Notes: generated by a model from the letters alone, not told the origin. DNA of 64,000 nt from Blepharisma stoltei ATCC 30299 (GCA_965603825.1 CBFDEM010000032.1:248001-312000), one strand, 5' to 3'; positions 1 to 13,188 are shown, counted from the stretch's first letter. Numbers and translations are program-made.

Positions 1-606
1 ATGCAAAAAGCTCCAACTCAAGTCAAAGTAGTTCTCTTAGGCGATTCTGGCGTAGGAAAATCCAGTCTCGTATTACGATTTGTAGCCGACAACTTCAAAA
101 ACGACGCAGATGCAACCATTGGTGCATCTTACATGGGAAAAATCCTTCAGTTCAATGATAAGATGATTAAGTTCAATATCTGGGATACAGCAGGCCAGGA
201 AAGATATCACAGTTTGGCCAAAATGTATTACAGAGACGCGAATGCTGCCATCATGGTCTACGATATCACTAAACGAGATAGTTTTGAAGGACTCAAAAGA
301 TGGCACAAAGAACTTCAAGAATTCGGGCCAAAAGACATAGTCGTCACTATTGCAGGAAACAAAGAAGATTTAGTCGAGACTGAAGCAGTGCCGCAGGAGG
401 AAGCAAAAGAATACTCGAAATCAATCGGAGCTTTGTATAGGAAGACTTCAGCGAAAACCAACTATGGGGTTGAACAAGTGTTCCGTGATATAGCAACTAA
501 AATGTGTCCGGATTTAGAAGCACAAGCCCCTGCTGCGAGGCCGTCAGGGACCATTTCTCTTCAGCCTAAACCTACACCAGCTGGCGGTAAGAAAAAGTGC
601 TGCTAA
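1..606 (+). CDS. Rab GTPase, Rab5/Rab22-like subfamily
   Basis: GDSGVGKS, TIGA, IWDTAGQERYHSLA, GNKED, TSAK motifs; C-terminal CC prenylation site. Confidence 0.93.
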   Translation: MQKAPTQVKVVLLGDSGVGKSSLVLRFVADNFKNDADATIGASYMGKILQFNDKMIKFNIWDTAGQERYHSLAKMYYRDANAAIMVYDITKRDSFEGLKRWHKELQEFGPKDIVVTIAGNKEDLVETEAVPQEEAKEYSKSIGALYRKTSAKTNYGVEQVFRDIATKMCPDLEAQAPAARPSGTISLQPKPTPAGGKKKCC

Positions 607-665
607 TTAAATACGTTCATTTACCAACATTTTCATTGCTTATTTTATTGAATTTTAATAACGTT

Positions 666-1580
666 ATGATAAGCACTATTCCTGTTCAACCATCATATTC
701 CATTGGGAAACAAAAACGGTTTGGACTTAGCTCAGCTATTTATAATGCTCCTGGGCCAGCTGCCTATAATATTCCAAGAGATCTAGCCAAGCGTTCTTCG
801 TCTTTTACAAGAGCTAAAAAACATGCAGCTATGCCTAATGGAAATCCAGGGCCTGCAAGTTATAATACTCCGGCAAAGATAGGAGAAGGGCCTAGGGCTA
901 TTATAATCTCAAGAAAATCTATGAGAAACCAAGAAATGATCCCAGGGCCTGCGGATTATTCGCCGAAGTATCTTAAAAGAAATATCAGTTATTCAATGAG
1001 AAGCAAATCAAGTGGAAAAAATGACGAAAACCTTCCTGGGCCTGGAGCTTATAGTGGAAACCCAGTCAAACCAAACTCGCCAAGGGCTACAATTGGGAGA
1101 GCTAGAAGATTGTCATTAAATTCTGATACTATAAACCCTGGCCCTGGGGCTTATGAATCTAAATGGGAACGGATAAAGAATCCGAATTATTCCTTTTCTC
1201 ACAGTTCTCGCGATGGGTTTCTGAACACCTCAGTACTAGAAGATGGAAAAGAAAGCGTGCGAACACATAGAAGGATAAAAACTTCCAAAGAAATCACACC
1301 TGGCCCTAGCGATTACGCCCCAAACTATAATTGCAATAAAATTTTATCCCCAAGAGCCGTAGCAGGGAGGTCTGTAAGGGATTCTTGAATAGCAGATAAA
1401 AGCAACCCAGGGCCTGGCAATTACACCCCTAAATCTGACTATTTTTCTCCAAGATTCAGCTTCTCTAGAGACCAAAAAACGCGTGTCACCAAAGATGTTC
1501 CAGGCCCTGGACAATATGATATCCCAAGTACAATCGGGAGCATTAAAAGTACAGCGTCATTGAATAATACATTTTCTTAA
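666..1580 (+). CDS. SHIPPO/ODF3-like PGPGxY repeat axonemal protein (304 aa)
   Basis: Repeated PGP(G/A)xY motifs continue in frame past TGA 1386-1388 (PGPGNY, PGPGQY) to TAA 1578-1580. Confidence 0.85.
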
Positions 1581-1612
1581 GTCTAAATGGTGCTTTATAA
1601 CATTTTTATTGG

Positions 1613-1951
1613 ATGGGAAAGCGCACAAAGAAGGTCGGGATCGTAGGGAAATACGCCACGAGGTACGGAGCTTCACTCAGAAAGATGGTTAAGAAGATCG
1701 AAATCTCTCAGCATGATACTTATGAGTGTGCGTTTTGTGGAAAGAAGACCGTCAAGAGAACTTGTGTAGGCATATGGAAATGCAAGCACTGCTGTAAGAC
1801 TATTGCTGGAGGAGCTTGGGCACCAACAACTGGAGCCGCTCTTACTGCTCGTCACAACATACAAAGGCTGCGCAAGTTAATGCAAACTGGAGCCTCCCAA
1901 ACTACAGAAGCAACCCCACAAGCCCAACCACAAGCTGCAGCTAAGAAGTAA
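1613..1951 (+). CDS. RPL37A: 60S ribosomal protein L37a (eL43) with Q/A/T-rich C-terminal extension
   Basis: [21 protein letters not shown]4 zinc ribbon, GGAW. Confidence 0.96.
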   Translation: MGKRTKKVGIVGKYATRYGASLRKMVKKIEISQHDTYECAFCGKKTVKRTCVGIWKCKHCCKTIAGGAWAPTTGAALTARHNIQRLRKLMQTGASQTTEATPQAQPQAAAKK

Positions 1952-3136
1952 TTTAAGAATTTTCACATAGTTGAAGATAAGTTTGCGTTAAAATTATGGG
2001 AAATAAGAGATCAATAAAAGCATAAGTTTGAGGCTAAGAAGGAATAGGATGATTAGAATGGGGATAAATAATTAATATGGTCCGTGAGTTCAGTTAAGAG
2101 GAACCAGGAAATTTGCTATCTGAGTGTGCTGTTTATATGATAATGTGCCAAAAAAGTTTAGATTAATTTCATGGGGATCTGCACTTCATGATAAATGCAA
2201 AAGCTCAATGCAAGTTACTCCATATCAATATCATCATATGTGACTCTATGCCTTGAAAGGTATATTATGTGCTTATTATTGAAGTAGGTTACCATGCAAA
2301 GTGCTTTATTATTTGCTTCTATGGTAACTATCAGAATCTTCCAAGTTGACTCCGTTTCAAGAATTATAATGCACATCAAAAGTTAAAGCGCATGGCTTAT
2401 ATTATGCTTGATCAAGATTAGATATATATTAGCAATAAAATTGATAAACACTGTTATTTTGAAATCCAAAGAAGTTAAGCAAGCCTTTAAATTTCCTTTG
2501 CAATAATTATGTTGCTAAATCTCTTAAAAATTAACCATGATAAGATTTTTTCACTTAGTCTTAGAATTCATTGCTAAAGCAAATAATTAAAAATTAGAGA
2601 TATTTCATGATTATAGGCAAAGTTATAAATATGGAGATTTCTGCACATATCATCAGCTATACGTTGGCACAACCGCATATGACTGCGGATCTCCAAACGT
2701 CAAAGACTCTAAATTCTGTAGTATCAACTGAAAAATCATATAAAATTTCGTTCATAATTGAAGTGCAAACAGAGTTCTCCAAGGCAAAAATTTGAAAAAC
2801 ATGTGATGATTTTTATAATTTTCACAGTCAGCTGTGCTATTTTAGCCATGCCCCTTGCCAAGAAGGTCGCTTAATTGATATCATACCTAAATTTCCACTA
2901 AAACGCAATATGTCAACCTTTACGAATCATTCCTCAGCAGTAATCCTTCTTGCCACTTTAGAGAATTATTTGCAGTCCCTTACATATATTCTATCAAACC
3001 ACTATTTCAACAAATTTGATCCTTGAGTCCGCTTGATTCTTTCCTTTCTCGAAGTCAACAGCATAAAATCACGAGAAGAAAAAAGTGCAAAATTAATAAC
3101 AAAAATTTTTAAATCACTTACAAGAAATAAATAAAT

Positions 3137-4105
3137 TTACTGATTTTCGTCCTTAAATTCATATTGTTTCCACTCTCTCTTACTTCTATTAAAGCATAAA
3201 AGCTGTCTGCTATCATTAGCTGTGTAGATTGAGTTTTCAAAGGTGACAGAGTAATAAGGAAGTAGTGGAGAAATTCCACAAGGCATTTCAGCGATGCTAT
3301 CATACCCAAACTGAGAAATCAGCAAGGTTTCACTTATATCTTCTTCTTCGCTAGCCCCTCCAAATACCAGGGCATGCAAAGAATCAATAGGCATGGCGAT
3401 GTGAAAATACACAGGATAAGGCAACTTTATATCAGTAGACTTTCATATTTTTTCTGAGAGGTCATAAATTTGTATCAAGTCAATGGTTTGCAAGTCTCCA
3501 GATTCCACCCTAGCACCCCCAGTAACAAACACTAAATGGCCTAGAATATAGGCTCCTGGGTATTCTACTCCAATAGGGATGTCTTCCAACTCTTCTCATT
3601 TGTTTAGGTCGATTGAGTACTTTAAGAAGCTCCTATTATAAGCAATCTCGTAGCTATTGAAATTAAATATCTGCCTATTTCCTCCAATACAGAAAACTTC
3701 ATTTGTATCTCTCTTTTCAATTAACCGCATTCTCCGCTTAGGATAAGGCATATTTTCGCAAATAGTTACTTGTATAGTTTTTAAATCAATGATAAGGACT
3801 GATGCCACTTCTTCATTATTCAAGCAATTAATGCCGCCCGCCAGCATAATTTGGTTTTCTTTTAAAGGGGTGATCCCACATTCGCCATAGATTTCATGCG
3901 AAATGCTTATCAATGTAGGGGTTAGAGTAACTATATTTATTTGCATTAGGCTGTTTGGTCAGATTGGGATTACAATCATGGTCTCTTCTATGTCAGTTGT
4001 GCGGTTAAGAGCGGTTATTTTAGGAGGTTGGTGTTTTTCACTTCATTTTGGGGTCGAATTTTTAGATGATGGTACAATTATATGCTTTGTGTTTGCGCAG
4101 CCCAT
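3137..4105 (-). CDS. Kelch-repeat protein with MGC N-terminal acylation motif (322 aa)
   Basis: One frame when TGA=Trp; GG...W kelch pattern (LAGG, CIGG, VTGG, VFGG); TGA at kelch Trp positions. Confidence 0.8.
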
Positions 4106-4141
4106 TTTTATACTAATTTTACTATCTTTGAATAAACATTA

Positions 4142-4663
4142 TTAAAATCTCACTGGTCTTTTCGATTTCATTATCATCAGTTTATTGTATTCTTCTCTCG
4201 TTAGCTTTATTTTGAACACAAGTTCTTTCCAGTCTCCTTGGAGGTTAAATTGAGACTGAGAGGCAGATTCCAGCCTTTTTGATGGTTTTTGGAGTAAATC
4301 CTTGACGAAATCGTCAGTGGAGATTGACTTTGGCTTATCTGGAGCTTTTTCTATAATGATTTCTGGTTCATATGGCTTTTCAACAGGTTTTGGCTTTGGA
4401 ATTTCCATTTGAAGAAGCTTCCTCAGTCGAAGTTTTTGTTTTTCAAAGAATTGTATAAAAGGATGCTCTGCGTTTTCTTCAAAAAAGTCTTCAAACTCCT
4501 GAATCCTGCCTCTAATAGAGGCTTGAAGCAGAGTGAGTTCTTTTAGCTTTGATTTGTCACCAGTTCCCGCCTCTTGTAGGAGCATTTGATAAAGTTCACA
4601 AGCTCTAGACACTTCTTCAGCAATGCAGGGTATTAATTGTAATTTTAGTCTTAACCACAGCAT
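4142..4663 (-). CDS. hypothetical protein (173 aa)
   Basis: Uninterrupted ORF with protein-like composition between AT-rich spacers. Confidence 0.65.
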   Translation of the reverse strand: MLWLRLKLQLIPCIAEEVSRACELYQMLLQEAGTGDKSKLKELTLLQASIRGRIQEFEDFFEENAEHPFIQFFEKQKLRLRKLLQMEIPKPKPVEKPYEPEIIIEKAPDKPKSISTDDFVKDLLQKPSKRLESASQSQFNLQGDWKELVFKIKLTREEYNKLMIMKSKRPVRF

Positions 4664-4908
4664 CGTTAAATTATGAAATAATAATCAAATTAATAGATTT
4701 CATATATATGCAACAAATTTTATAGTGAATTTATATTACTTTGGCATTTATTATTGATATGAATTTAGCTATAGAAGCTCTCAATATTTTAAATAAAAAC
4801 CAAATTTCGAGTGTTGCGAAAAATTAATCAAGAAAATCATTTGCCTTTCTCAATAAAATGCGTCTATATACATAATTAATTCGAAAGACTAATCACTAGT
4901 TTAAAGCT

Positions 4909-6330
4909 TTATACAAAATCTTTTATTTCTTGCTTTCATAATAATTTTGATGTTTTTGACATAGATGAAATATCAGGAAAAAGGCTTCCTCTTCTGGACT
5001 CTCCTTTACAGAACTCTTGATTTTCAAGGCTAACTACTGAAAGTCTTCCTCTTCTTGGGTTCTCTAAGTTTGGTAGGTCTAAATATGTGAATTTTTCATT
5101 GTTTCTAGAAGAAATAATTGGTGATCTGAGCGTCATTATGGGCTGCCTTTTGGTATAAATATTAAGTCATTTATTTTGTAGCGCATCTCTCGGATTTGGT
5201 CGAAGAGATGGCTGACACTTTGTGAGAGCTAAAACCAAGCTAATTGCTTCTCTTGAAATTCCACGCCAATACTGCTCCTGAAATTGAATTATACCATCGC
5301 GATTTTTTAGAAGTGTTTCTCTTGGAGTCTTCCCTGAAAATGGAGCGCGGCCTGATAGCACCATATATAAAACTACCCCAGTGCTAAACACGTCAACCTT
5401 TGCGCCATATGGCATCTTCCTTAGAATTTCAGGCGCAACATACCCTGGTGAACCACAATTTTGTGTCAACTCTTTATCTGCAAAGCAGGCAAGTCCAAAA
5501 TCTATGAGCTTAAAGTCTGTTTCGCTTGACTCTGAGTTCAATAAAATGTTTTCAAGCTTCAAGTCTCTATGAACTACATTCATCAATTTCAAATAGTCTA
5601 GGATGCCTAAAAGTTTAGATGCAAATTTTGCAGCTTTTTCTTCTGTTAGAGGTCCGTGCTTGAGCAATCTTTGAAGCATATTTCCACCGGGCACATAATC
5701 TAGCACTAAATATATATGATTTTGTCCTTCATAGACTTTGTGAAGCTTTACTATGCCAGGGTGATCAATCATTCTCAAAATTTCGATCTCGTTGCACAAG
5801 GCTTGAAAATTATTTTTAGAGAGAAGGAGCTTTTTAGGAATGGATTTAATTGCATATGTCCTTGAATCTTCATAATCTTCAGCCAAATATACGTTCGCAA
5901 AGCTACCTGAGCCTATTAACGATTTTAGATCGTAGTCATGCTTTATGTCAGTCATTATCCCAATCCTGGATAAATAAGCCAACCATTCATCTAGCTCTTC
6001 AGACGTTTTAGTGTAAAAGTATTGGCAATAAATACCCTGGCTTAATCGGAATCCATATTTTATTCCGGCTTTATCCTCTTCAATAAATGGCTCTATTATT
6101 TTTCACTTTAAGCTTGAAATTTTTGTAATTCTAGAAGAAACGTTCTTGGAGCGTAAAATTGAGTTTTTGTTCAAATAGAAAAACTTTTCCTTCAAGACAT
6201 TTGAAGTTGACAGTTCTAGAAGGCTCCCTTGAAAAAAAACAGTGGAAGTTTCAGGTTTGTGCAAGTCTGTAAAATCTTCCCAAAAACACATGTCTTTGGG
6301 GTGGTAAATGTTACTGAAAATTGATTTCAT
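4909..6330 (-). CDS. CAMK-group Ser/Thr kinase with N-terminal PH-like domain, paralog A (473 aa)
   Basis: GSGSFANV, AIK, HRDLKLEN, DFG, APE; track ORFs join in frame through TGA at 6103, 5167, 4936; TAA at 4909. Confidence 0.9.
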
Positions 6331-6788
6331 TGAATATTTAATTATTATTGCATCACTTTTTTATAAATAATTGGACTAAGTAAATGGCTTAGATGACAGT
6401 TTAATGTATTATGGACTAGAGACTAACCTTAATTTTGAGATTCAAATTTAGATATAGTAGTAAGAAAATTTAATAAATTATTTTATCAATCAGAGGTAAG
6501 GTGATAATTTAATGTAATAATGCCATTATTTGTTTATTCTCCATCACTAAAAAATTATCGCCAAATTTATGAAATGCTGATCCTTAGTATTAAAAAATAA
6601 ATTGCCTAGTAAATATATAAACTCATAGTAGTTCTTTTTTACTCTTGAGCATAAACTAATTAAAGTTCTCAACTAAATTAATACATCAGAATTTATTTAT
6701 TTGAAATAAATATTAAATTTGAAGCTAAATTATGTATTAAAAACAATAATATTAATAAATGATAAAACGATTTATCAGTCTATTTTGT

Positions 6789-8189
6789 TTACAGCATAAT
6801 TCGTGTTGTTTTTTGTGTTAAATCTTCATCATTGTTGCTCATTTCATCAGCAATACTAGCAATCGCACAATTGTTTTCTATTATTTCACTATTTTTTTTA
6901 AAATAAAATTTATTTTGGTGAGCCAAAACATCTTCTTTAGCAATTTCTTTAATATTTTTTACTACAGTTTTGACTTTTTCATTATGCTTTGAATTTCTTC
7001 CTTTTGTGTTGGCTTGCATAGAAAATCAATCATGGCAAAGGGCCTGTCTTAAGCTAAGCCTTTCTAAAGGATTAGCTTGCAGCAAACCACTTACAAGGTT
7101 TATAGCTTGATTTGAAATATGTTTCCAGTGCTTGTGACTAAAATGAAATATGCATTCTCTGTTTTTTGCTAGTGTATGTCTTAAAGATTTACATAAAAAA
7201 GGAGCTTTTCCAGTCAAAAGGATAAAAAGTAGCACGCCTGTGCTGAAAATATCTACTTTTCCGCCATATGCTTGCTTTTTCAACATTTCTGGAGCCATGT
7301 ACCCAGGCGAACCGCATAACTGAGTAATACCTTCGCTGATTTTGCAAGCAAAGCCGAAATCAGCCAGCTTAAAATCTGTGTTTGAGCTTTCTGATGCTAG
7401 TAAAATATTTTCAAGTTTGATGTCTCTATGCAAGATGCCATTCTGTGATAAGTAATTTAAAACTCCAAGAAGATCTTTAATAAGAGCAGATGCTTCTTTT
7501 TCTGAGAATTTATAAAGAGAGTCAAGCCTTGATAGCAAATTGCCACCAGGCATATAATCGATAACTAAATGAATATGGGTTTCTGACTCATATACTTTAT
7601 GAAGCTTAACAATTTTGGGATGGTCTAGCATCCTCATTATTTCGATTTCGTTAATTAATTCGTGAACCAAATTTTTCTTAAGGACAACTGATTTACTGAT
7701 GGATTTTACAGCAAAAAATGTTTGGTCGTCTAGATCTGTTGCAAGATAAACAGATCCAAAACGTCCATTGCCTAGTTTACCTTTAATTTCATAGTTGTCA
7801 GCTATTTCAACCATAATGACAACCTTAGATAAATGGAGAAGCCAATTGTCTAAGTCTTCGCTTGAGTCTGTGAAAAAATCAAATTTCTGCTCGCCTTTTC
7901 TTATTTGGAAGCCGTATTTCACACCATGCAATCCTTCTTCGATAAATGGATCAATAATTTTCCAGGAAAGTAGGCACTTTTTTCAGACTGGCTGATATTC
8001 TGAGTCTGAAAAATATAAAAAATCACCAGCCAAATAATAAAAACCTTCATTTATTTCACTCTTCTGATTAAGCTCGATAAGTTTTCCTTTATATACAACG
8101 TTTAAAATTTCATTTGGATCCTTTGGAAATATTTCAGTTCAAAATTGATAGCTAAAAGAGTTGTCAACTGTTTCGAATATCGATTTCAT
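6789..8189 (-). CDS. CAMK-group Ser/Thr kinase with PH-like domain, paralog B (466 aa)
   Basis: MKSIF start shared with paralog A; GNGRFGSV, HRDIKLEN, DFG, APE; in frame through TGA codons. Confidence 0.9.
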
Positions 8190-8673
8190 TATTAAACGCA
8201 TTACGAAAATAAAAGGAATTAAAGGTTTAGGGATAATCTTTAGTGAAAATAATAAAATAAATTGATCAACATAAATTAAAGATTTAATAAGTTAATTTAT
8301 TATTATAGCAAATAAGAGGTTTTTAATTTTTGGTTTTAATTATATAATTAATGAGTGATTAAATTATTACTATTCTCATATTGATTTATTCTGAAGATTT
8401 TCTTGAGTAATTTTTAATTAGTAAAAATTGACATAAATTATCAAAGATGTACCAAAGATTCCAATTAAATTGAGCGAATTAGTTTGCTTATATTTAGGGA
8501 AGAAATAATGTAAAATTGTGAATTTATTTGAAAATTTATATATTCTTTGTAATAAAAATTAATTTTGTTGAACCAGGCTATGGAATTTGAAGAATATTAT
8601 TTTTTTTTTGAAGAATAAATCAAAGGTTAATTTTGATTTTATTTATAAAATATATTTATGAAAGTTAATGATA

Positions 8674-9795
8674 TTATGATAGTATTTTATCAATAACTCT
8701 GTTCAGCTTAGTTTCGAGCCAATCTCTATATCTTAATTCTTGAACAAATCTTGATGGCAGCCTCGAAAATCCTAATTTGCAGCCAAGTAGTGCTCCTGCA
8801 ATTGCAGCATTTGTGTCGGCATCCCCACCTTCTATAATAATGCTTCTAATCATCTCTTCATAATTATTTTGTCTAATCCCATAAAACCCGCATCCAAGCG
8901 CAAAGTATACATAACCCATATTTTTCCCGTCAATTGGTCTCATTTCATCTAGTCCAATATGCATATACTTTCTTAAAAAGCTTCTCTTAAATAATTTTCT
9001 GACTCTCATTCTATTTTTATCATATTCTTGGCTTATTTCAGGGCTACAAGTCGCATGTACTTCTCGATCAAGCCCTTCTCTATAAGATTTCAAAAAATTC
9101 TGTGCAATTTCACAGCTTGCTCCGATAACTTCATCAATATTTCTGACACCCTGAAGCATCAATGCAATGGCAACTGTTTGTGCAACGCTTGAAGCTAAGC
9201 TTCTTGGGTCTGCATGTGTGCATTTTCCTATCATTTGAGTCTGTCTTATTACTTGATCTATATCATGAAAATTAATAATGCCTAATATTGCAGATCTCAT
9301 TAAAGCTCCGTTTGCAGCAATTTCGCAGCTGCCATTTACTCACACTTCTAAGGCGGCACGATGAGGATTGCTGATAAAAGATTTATGAAGAATAGCCTTT
9401 TTAACAGTCTTTCCTATCCCCAAGCCTCTTTTGTCGCCGAGCTCAGGAAACCCATGACGTTTCCAATCCCTTATTTTTGCAGCAAAATCAAGAGTGCTGA
9501 ATCCGTTGGAGTCTAAGTAGGAATTGATGATAGCAACTAGCTGGTCAGTATCATCGCTTCAATCTCCTTCAGGAAAGTAGGATTTTTTTGGAACCCAATT
9601 TAATAGAGTTAAGGGCTGGTTTTCCCATTTAGAAGCAGCTCACTCAGAAGATTTACACTCAGTCCGAATTCCTATAGCATCTCCAATTGCTTGACCAAAA
9701 ATACATCCTCGTATCTTATCAATTAATTCTTCACGAGAGTAGGGAAGAATTACAGAGATGTGTCTTCTTAAGATTTCTGATGTTGACTGTTCCAT
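8674..9795 (-). CDS. ADP-ribosylglycohydrolase (ARH/DraG family, 373 aa)
   Basis: GCIFGQAIGDA, GD(W=TGA)SDDTDQ, ANGALMRS, THADP, GGDADTNAAIAGALLG. Confidence 0.92.
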
Positions 9796-10043
9796 AAATG
9801 GAAGAAAAATCTATATAAAATAATAAAACGACTCAATTTAATTGACTATATATTTGAGAGAAAAGTCCATAAAATGTTTTCTTTATTTTAAGTTTAAGCA
9901 AAATAATATTTAATTTAATGTTTATTGCACTTTTTATCAAAGGTAATAATAAGATTAAAGCTTAAATGCTGTTTATCAACTTATATAGACAAATCCAAAA
10001 CTATTCATTTTGAAATATCATTTCTTTAATGCATAAATAAACC

Positions 10044-10817
10044 ATGTGTGTTCCCTACCAATATTACCCAAGCCTTCATTTACGCTCTGATTACTCAGCT
10101 CCAAGATGAGTGTCATGAAAAAAGGTATCTCCTTCTTGTTTATTTAAACAAAGTGAAAAAAGAATTAGAAAAACTTCTCTACCCCCGCTAGTTAAACAAG
10201 AAAACTCACTTTTGGCTTCTTACTCAAGAGAAGAAGCAGAGACTTTTTCCTATGACCCTTTTTACGATTTAACGATTGATAGAAGAAAGTCTAAATCAAA
10301 GCCTAAGCCCGAGAATATTCTTATTAATGTAGAAAGTATAAGTGACGATGACCTTTTCAGCGATATGAATCCAAAACGCAAAGGGCGGAGCTTAGGGAAA
10401 AAAACAATTTTATTATCGAAAAAAGCAAAATTGCTGCTCAGAACCAAAATTGAATCGAATAAGCAATACCAAATAAAGACCCCTGAACCAATTTTTCATG
10501 ATTTTCGGAAGTCACCATCGCCTGAGTCTGCTTTAGTTAAGTCAACTTTGAGTATACCAGATTCAACAATTGAAAAAGTAAATCAAAAGCAAGTATATAA
10601 AGAAGCTTTTTATAGGAAAGAACAAACAAGAATTAAATTCACTGGAAACAGCAGTAGAGTAACTACGTTGAGAAGTAAAAACGAAGAAAAAATTATGAAG
10701 TTTAATAAAATTGCGCTTGGGATCAACGTAAAGGAAGAAAATGGTCTTAAAGATGCAAGCGAAAATACTGAAGGAAAACTTGTTATTTCATTACCGAAAA
10801 TCGAGAAATACGATTAA
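10044..10817 (+). CDS. hypothetical basic protein (257 aa)
   Basis: ATG 10044 in frame with track ORF through two TGA codons. Confidence 0.65.
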
Positions 10818-10941
10818 ATAACAATTTTTGTAATTTGTAGGCCTAAATGAGATCAAGCTTGCTAATAAATTATAAAATAGCTTGTCAGTTTTTTAAATAC
10901 ATATTTTCAATTATTTAAAAATTATAATAATTACCCAAAGA

Positions 10942-13188
10942 CTAATTATATATCTGTTGGTAAGGACATTGTCTTGCCAGATGCCCAAGCGTCTGACAAA
11001 TTTGGCATTTTGGCCCCCTTCTACAAGATCTCTTTTCATGCAGCTTGCTCCCACAATTATCACATCCTTTGCCAACTTTTTCGAATTTTTTCGCACTGAC
11101 TCCACGCAAATTCATTTCATTATGCAAACTTATCAAAACAAATGCATCTAACGACGCATAGTGTATTTGTGATAATCTAAGTGGCCTTCTCTCCCAATTA
11201 GAAATCTGCTCCCCTTTGCACAAATGCTTCCCTAAAATAACTTCACATAACCCTGCAAGTCCTCCAGAGTTTTCTTTGAACAAGTCTTTATACTGTTCCA
11301 ATAAATCTACAAAATTTTTGAATTCAATGTCAAAGCATGTCATATGAGGATAGTCCTTTTTAAAATGTCCTTTGTCACCTACAAAATTTATTCCTAACTT
11401 TACAATGGTTTCATTAGAAAATAGCTCAGCTAGCATATTGTTTAGTAGTGGGCTTCTATTTAACTTGATCATGTCTACTAGATAAACAACGTCTTCAAAA
11501 CCGATTTGAAATAAAGCGATCTTTGGCTTGTCAAATTTTACTCTTGCAGGCTTCCATTCACTGTCCAAGCCGACGATGCTTCCAGTTCAAACCATTTGGG
11601 AAAGCTTTGCCTCAGTATCTATAAAAAGGACTCTTTCCATAGGCAAAGATGATTTTATGCTGAAGTTGTTAAGAGGCCCATATATATCAGGGAAATTGTA
11701 TGGCCTGTATGGGATTTTTTCTAACTCTTGAATTATAGAGGAATTCAGCTGGCTCACAACTTGAGGGTACATATTATATAAATTTGCGGCAACCGCCCCA
11801 AAGTAGTCTTGCCTTTTCCTTGCATACTTATCATAGAAACTTTTTATCATAATCCCTATTGATTCAATATCATCAGACACCATATCAGCTAGCCTATACC
11901 ACCCAATTCCTTCAATGTACATAAGATAATTCATAGAATTTCCTTTTAGAACGCTCATCATTTCAGGAAATTCACTTATATCTATATCCAGCTTATCTAC
12001 AAGCTTTGCTGCTTCTTTGGAGTGTTTCTTGTTGCTCATCATTTTAATTGCTTTTTTAGCGAGCCTTAAATCTGTACCTACCAAGCAAAAAACTAAGTCG
12101 ACCAAATCGTTGGCTAAAAGCTTTGAAATGGCAGAAAATTTGTTCTCAAGGACTGAAGACAGCTCAAAATCATCAGCCATTTTTACCGCCTTTTCGTATT
12201 CATTTGTGTTTCATATAGAAAATAAATGGCTCGCTGCCTCTTCGATAGGGATATCGATAAATTTTGCTCGGGTAAGATGGATTAAAGATTGAGGATCTAC
12301 AAGTTTCCAGTTGTCCCTGAGAAGGTTTGAGAAATTTTCTTTAGAAAATCTGATATTTGAGAGGGATTTTATGAGGTTAATTGAGATATAGGCTTTAACG
12401 TTGCTGATGTTAAATGCGATCAGCAGGTCAAATGCTTGCTGGGCTATATCTTTTGAGGACTTTTTAAACGCTGCTACAAAGTGTTCAACCATTTCAGCTT
12501 GTTCCATTTTCTTTTTATTGTTTAACAGAAAATTAGCTGCTTCATCTGGATCACCATTTACTTTGACAATAAAAGTTTCCACGCTATAATTTTCTAGTTT
12601 TGCTTCTGGGCTCCTTATTTCCTTTGGCTTTGCTTCTGGTAATTTCCTCTCAGGTTGCTTTGGTATCTCAATTTTTGTGTTTTCTTTTTTCTCTTCCTTA
12701 TTTCCCTTTTGTTCCTCAGGGAACTCATAAGGAATTTGCTTTAAATCAATGAAGTGCCCAATTCCTCTCATTGGCCTTCCGCTACCTCTTCTACTTTGGT
12801 AATTAGGTTGCTCTTCATATTCTTCATTAAAATTCTGTCTTGAAATCCCTCTTCCTTGTCCTCTATCCCTATAGCTGTCTCGGTTTTCTGTGCGTCCTAG
12901 TTCCAGCCATACCTGCCTATTTCTGATAGAGCCTCCATCGGCGTAAACTATTTCTTTTGCAATTTCTTTACGTTCAGTTTGGATTACTGCGTTACCTGTG
13001 AATCTGCCTTGATAAACCATCCTGACTGATATTTCTTTTTCATCCTCATATCTCAGAGATAGCAATTCAAAAATTTCTTTCTCACTCCTGCAGGAGAATG
13101 CAATATTTTTCATTAGAAAAGAAAAAGGTGGGCTTGATGATTCTATTTGAGAAACTAGGGATTCCTGTCTTCTGGATAAATGTTCCAT
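10942..13188 (-). CDS. RRM + RG-rich + DEDDy 3'-5' exonuclease (Mut-7/EXD3/WRN-exo like) + 2 CCHC zinc knuckles (748 aa)
   Basis: Three track ORFs in one frame via TGA 12211 and 11587; IVGLDSEW (ExoI), LCKGEQISNWERRPL..Q.HYASLDA (ExoIII); CDNCGSKLHEKRSC and CQICQTLGHLARQC. Confidence 0.87.
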
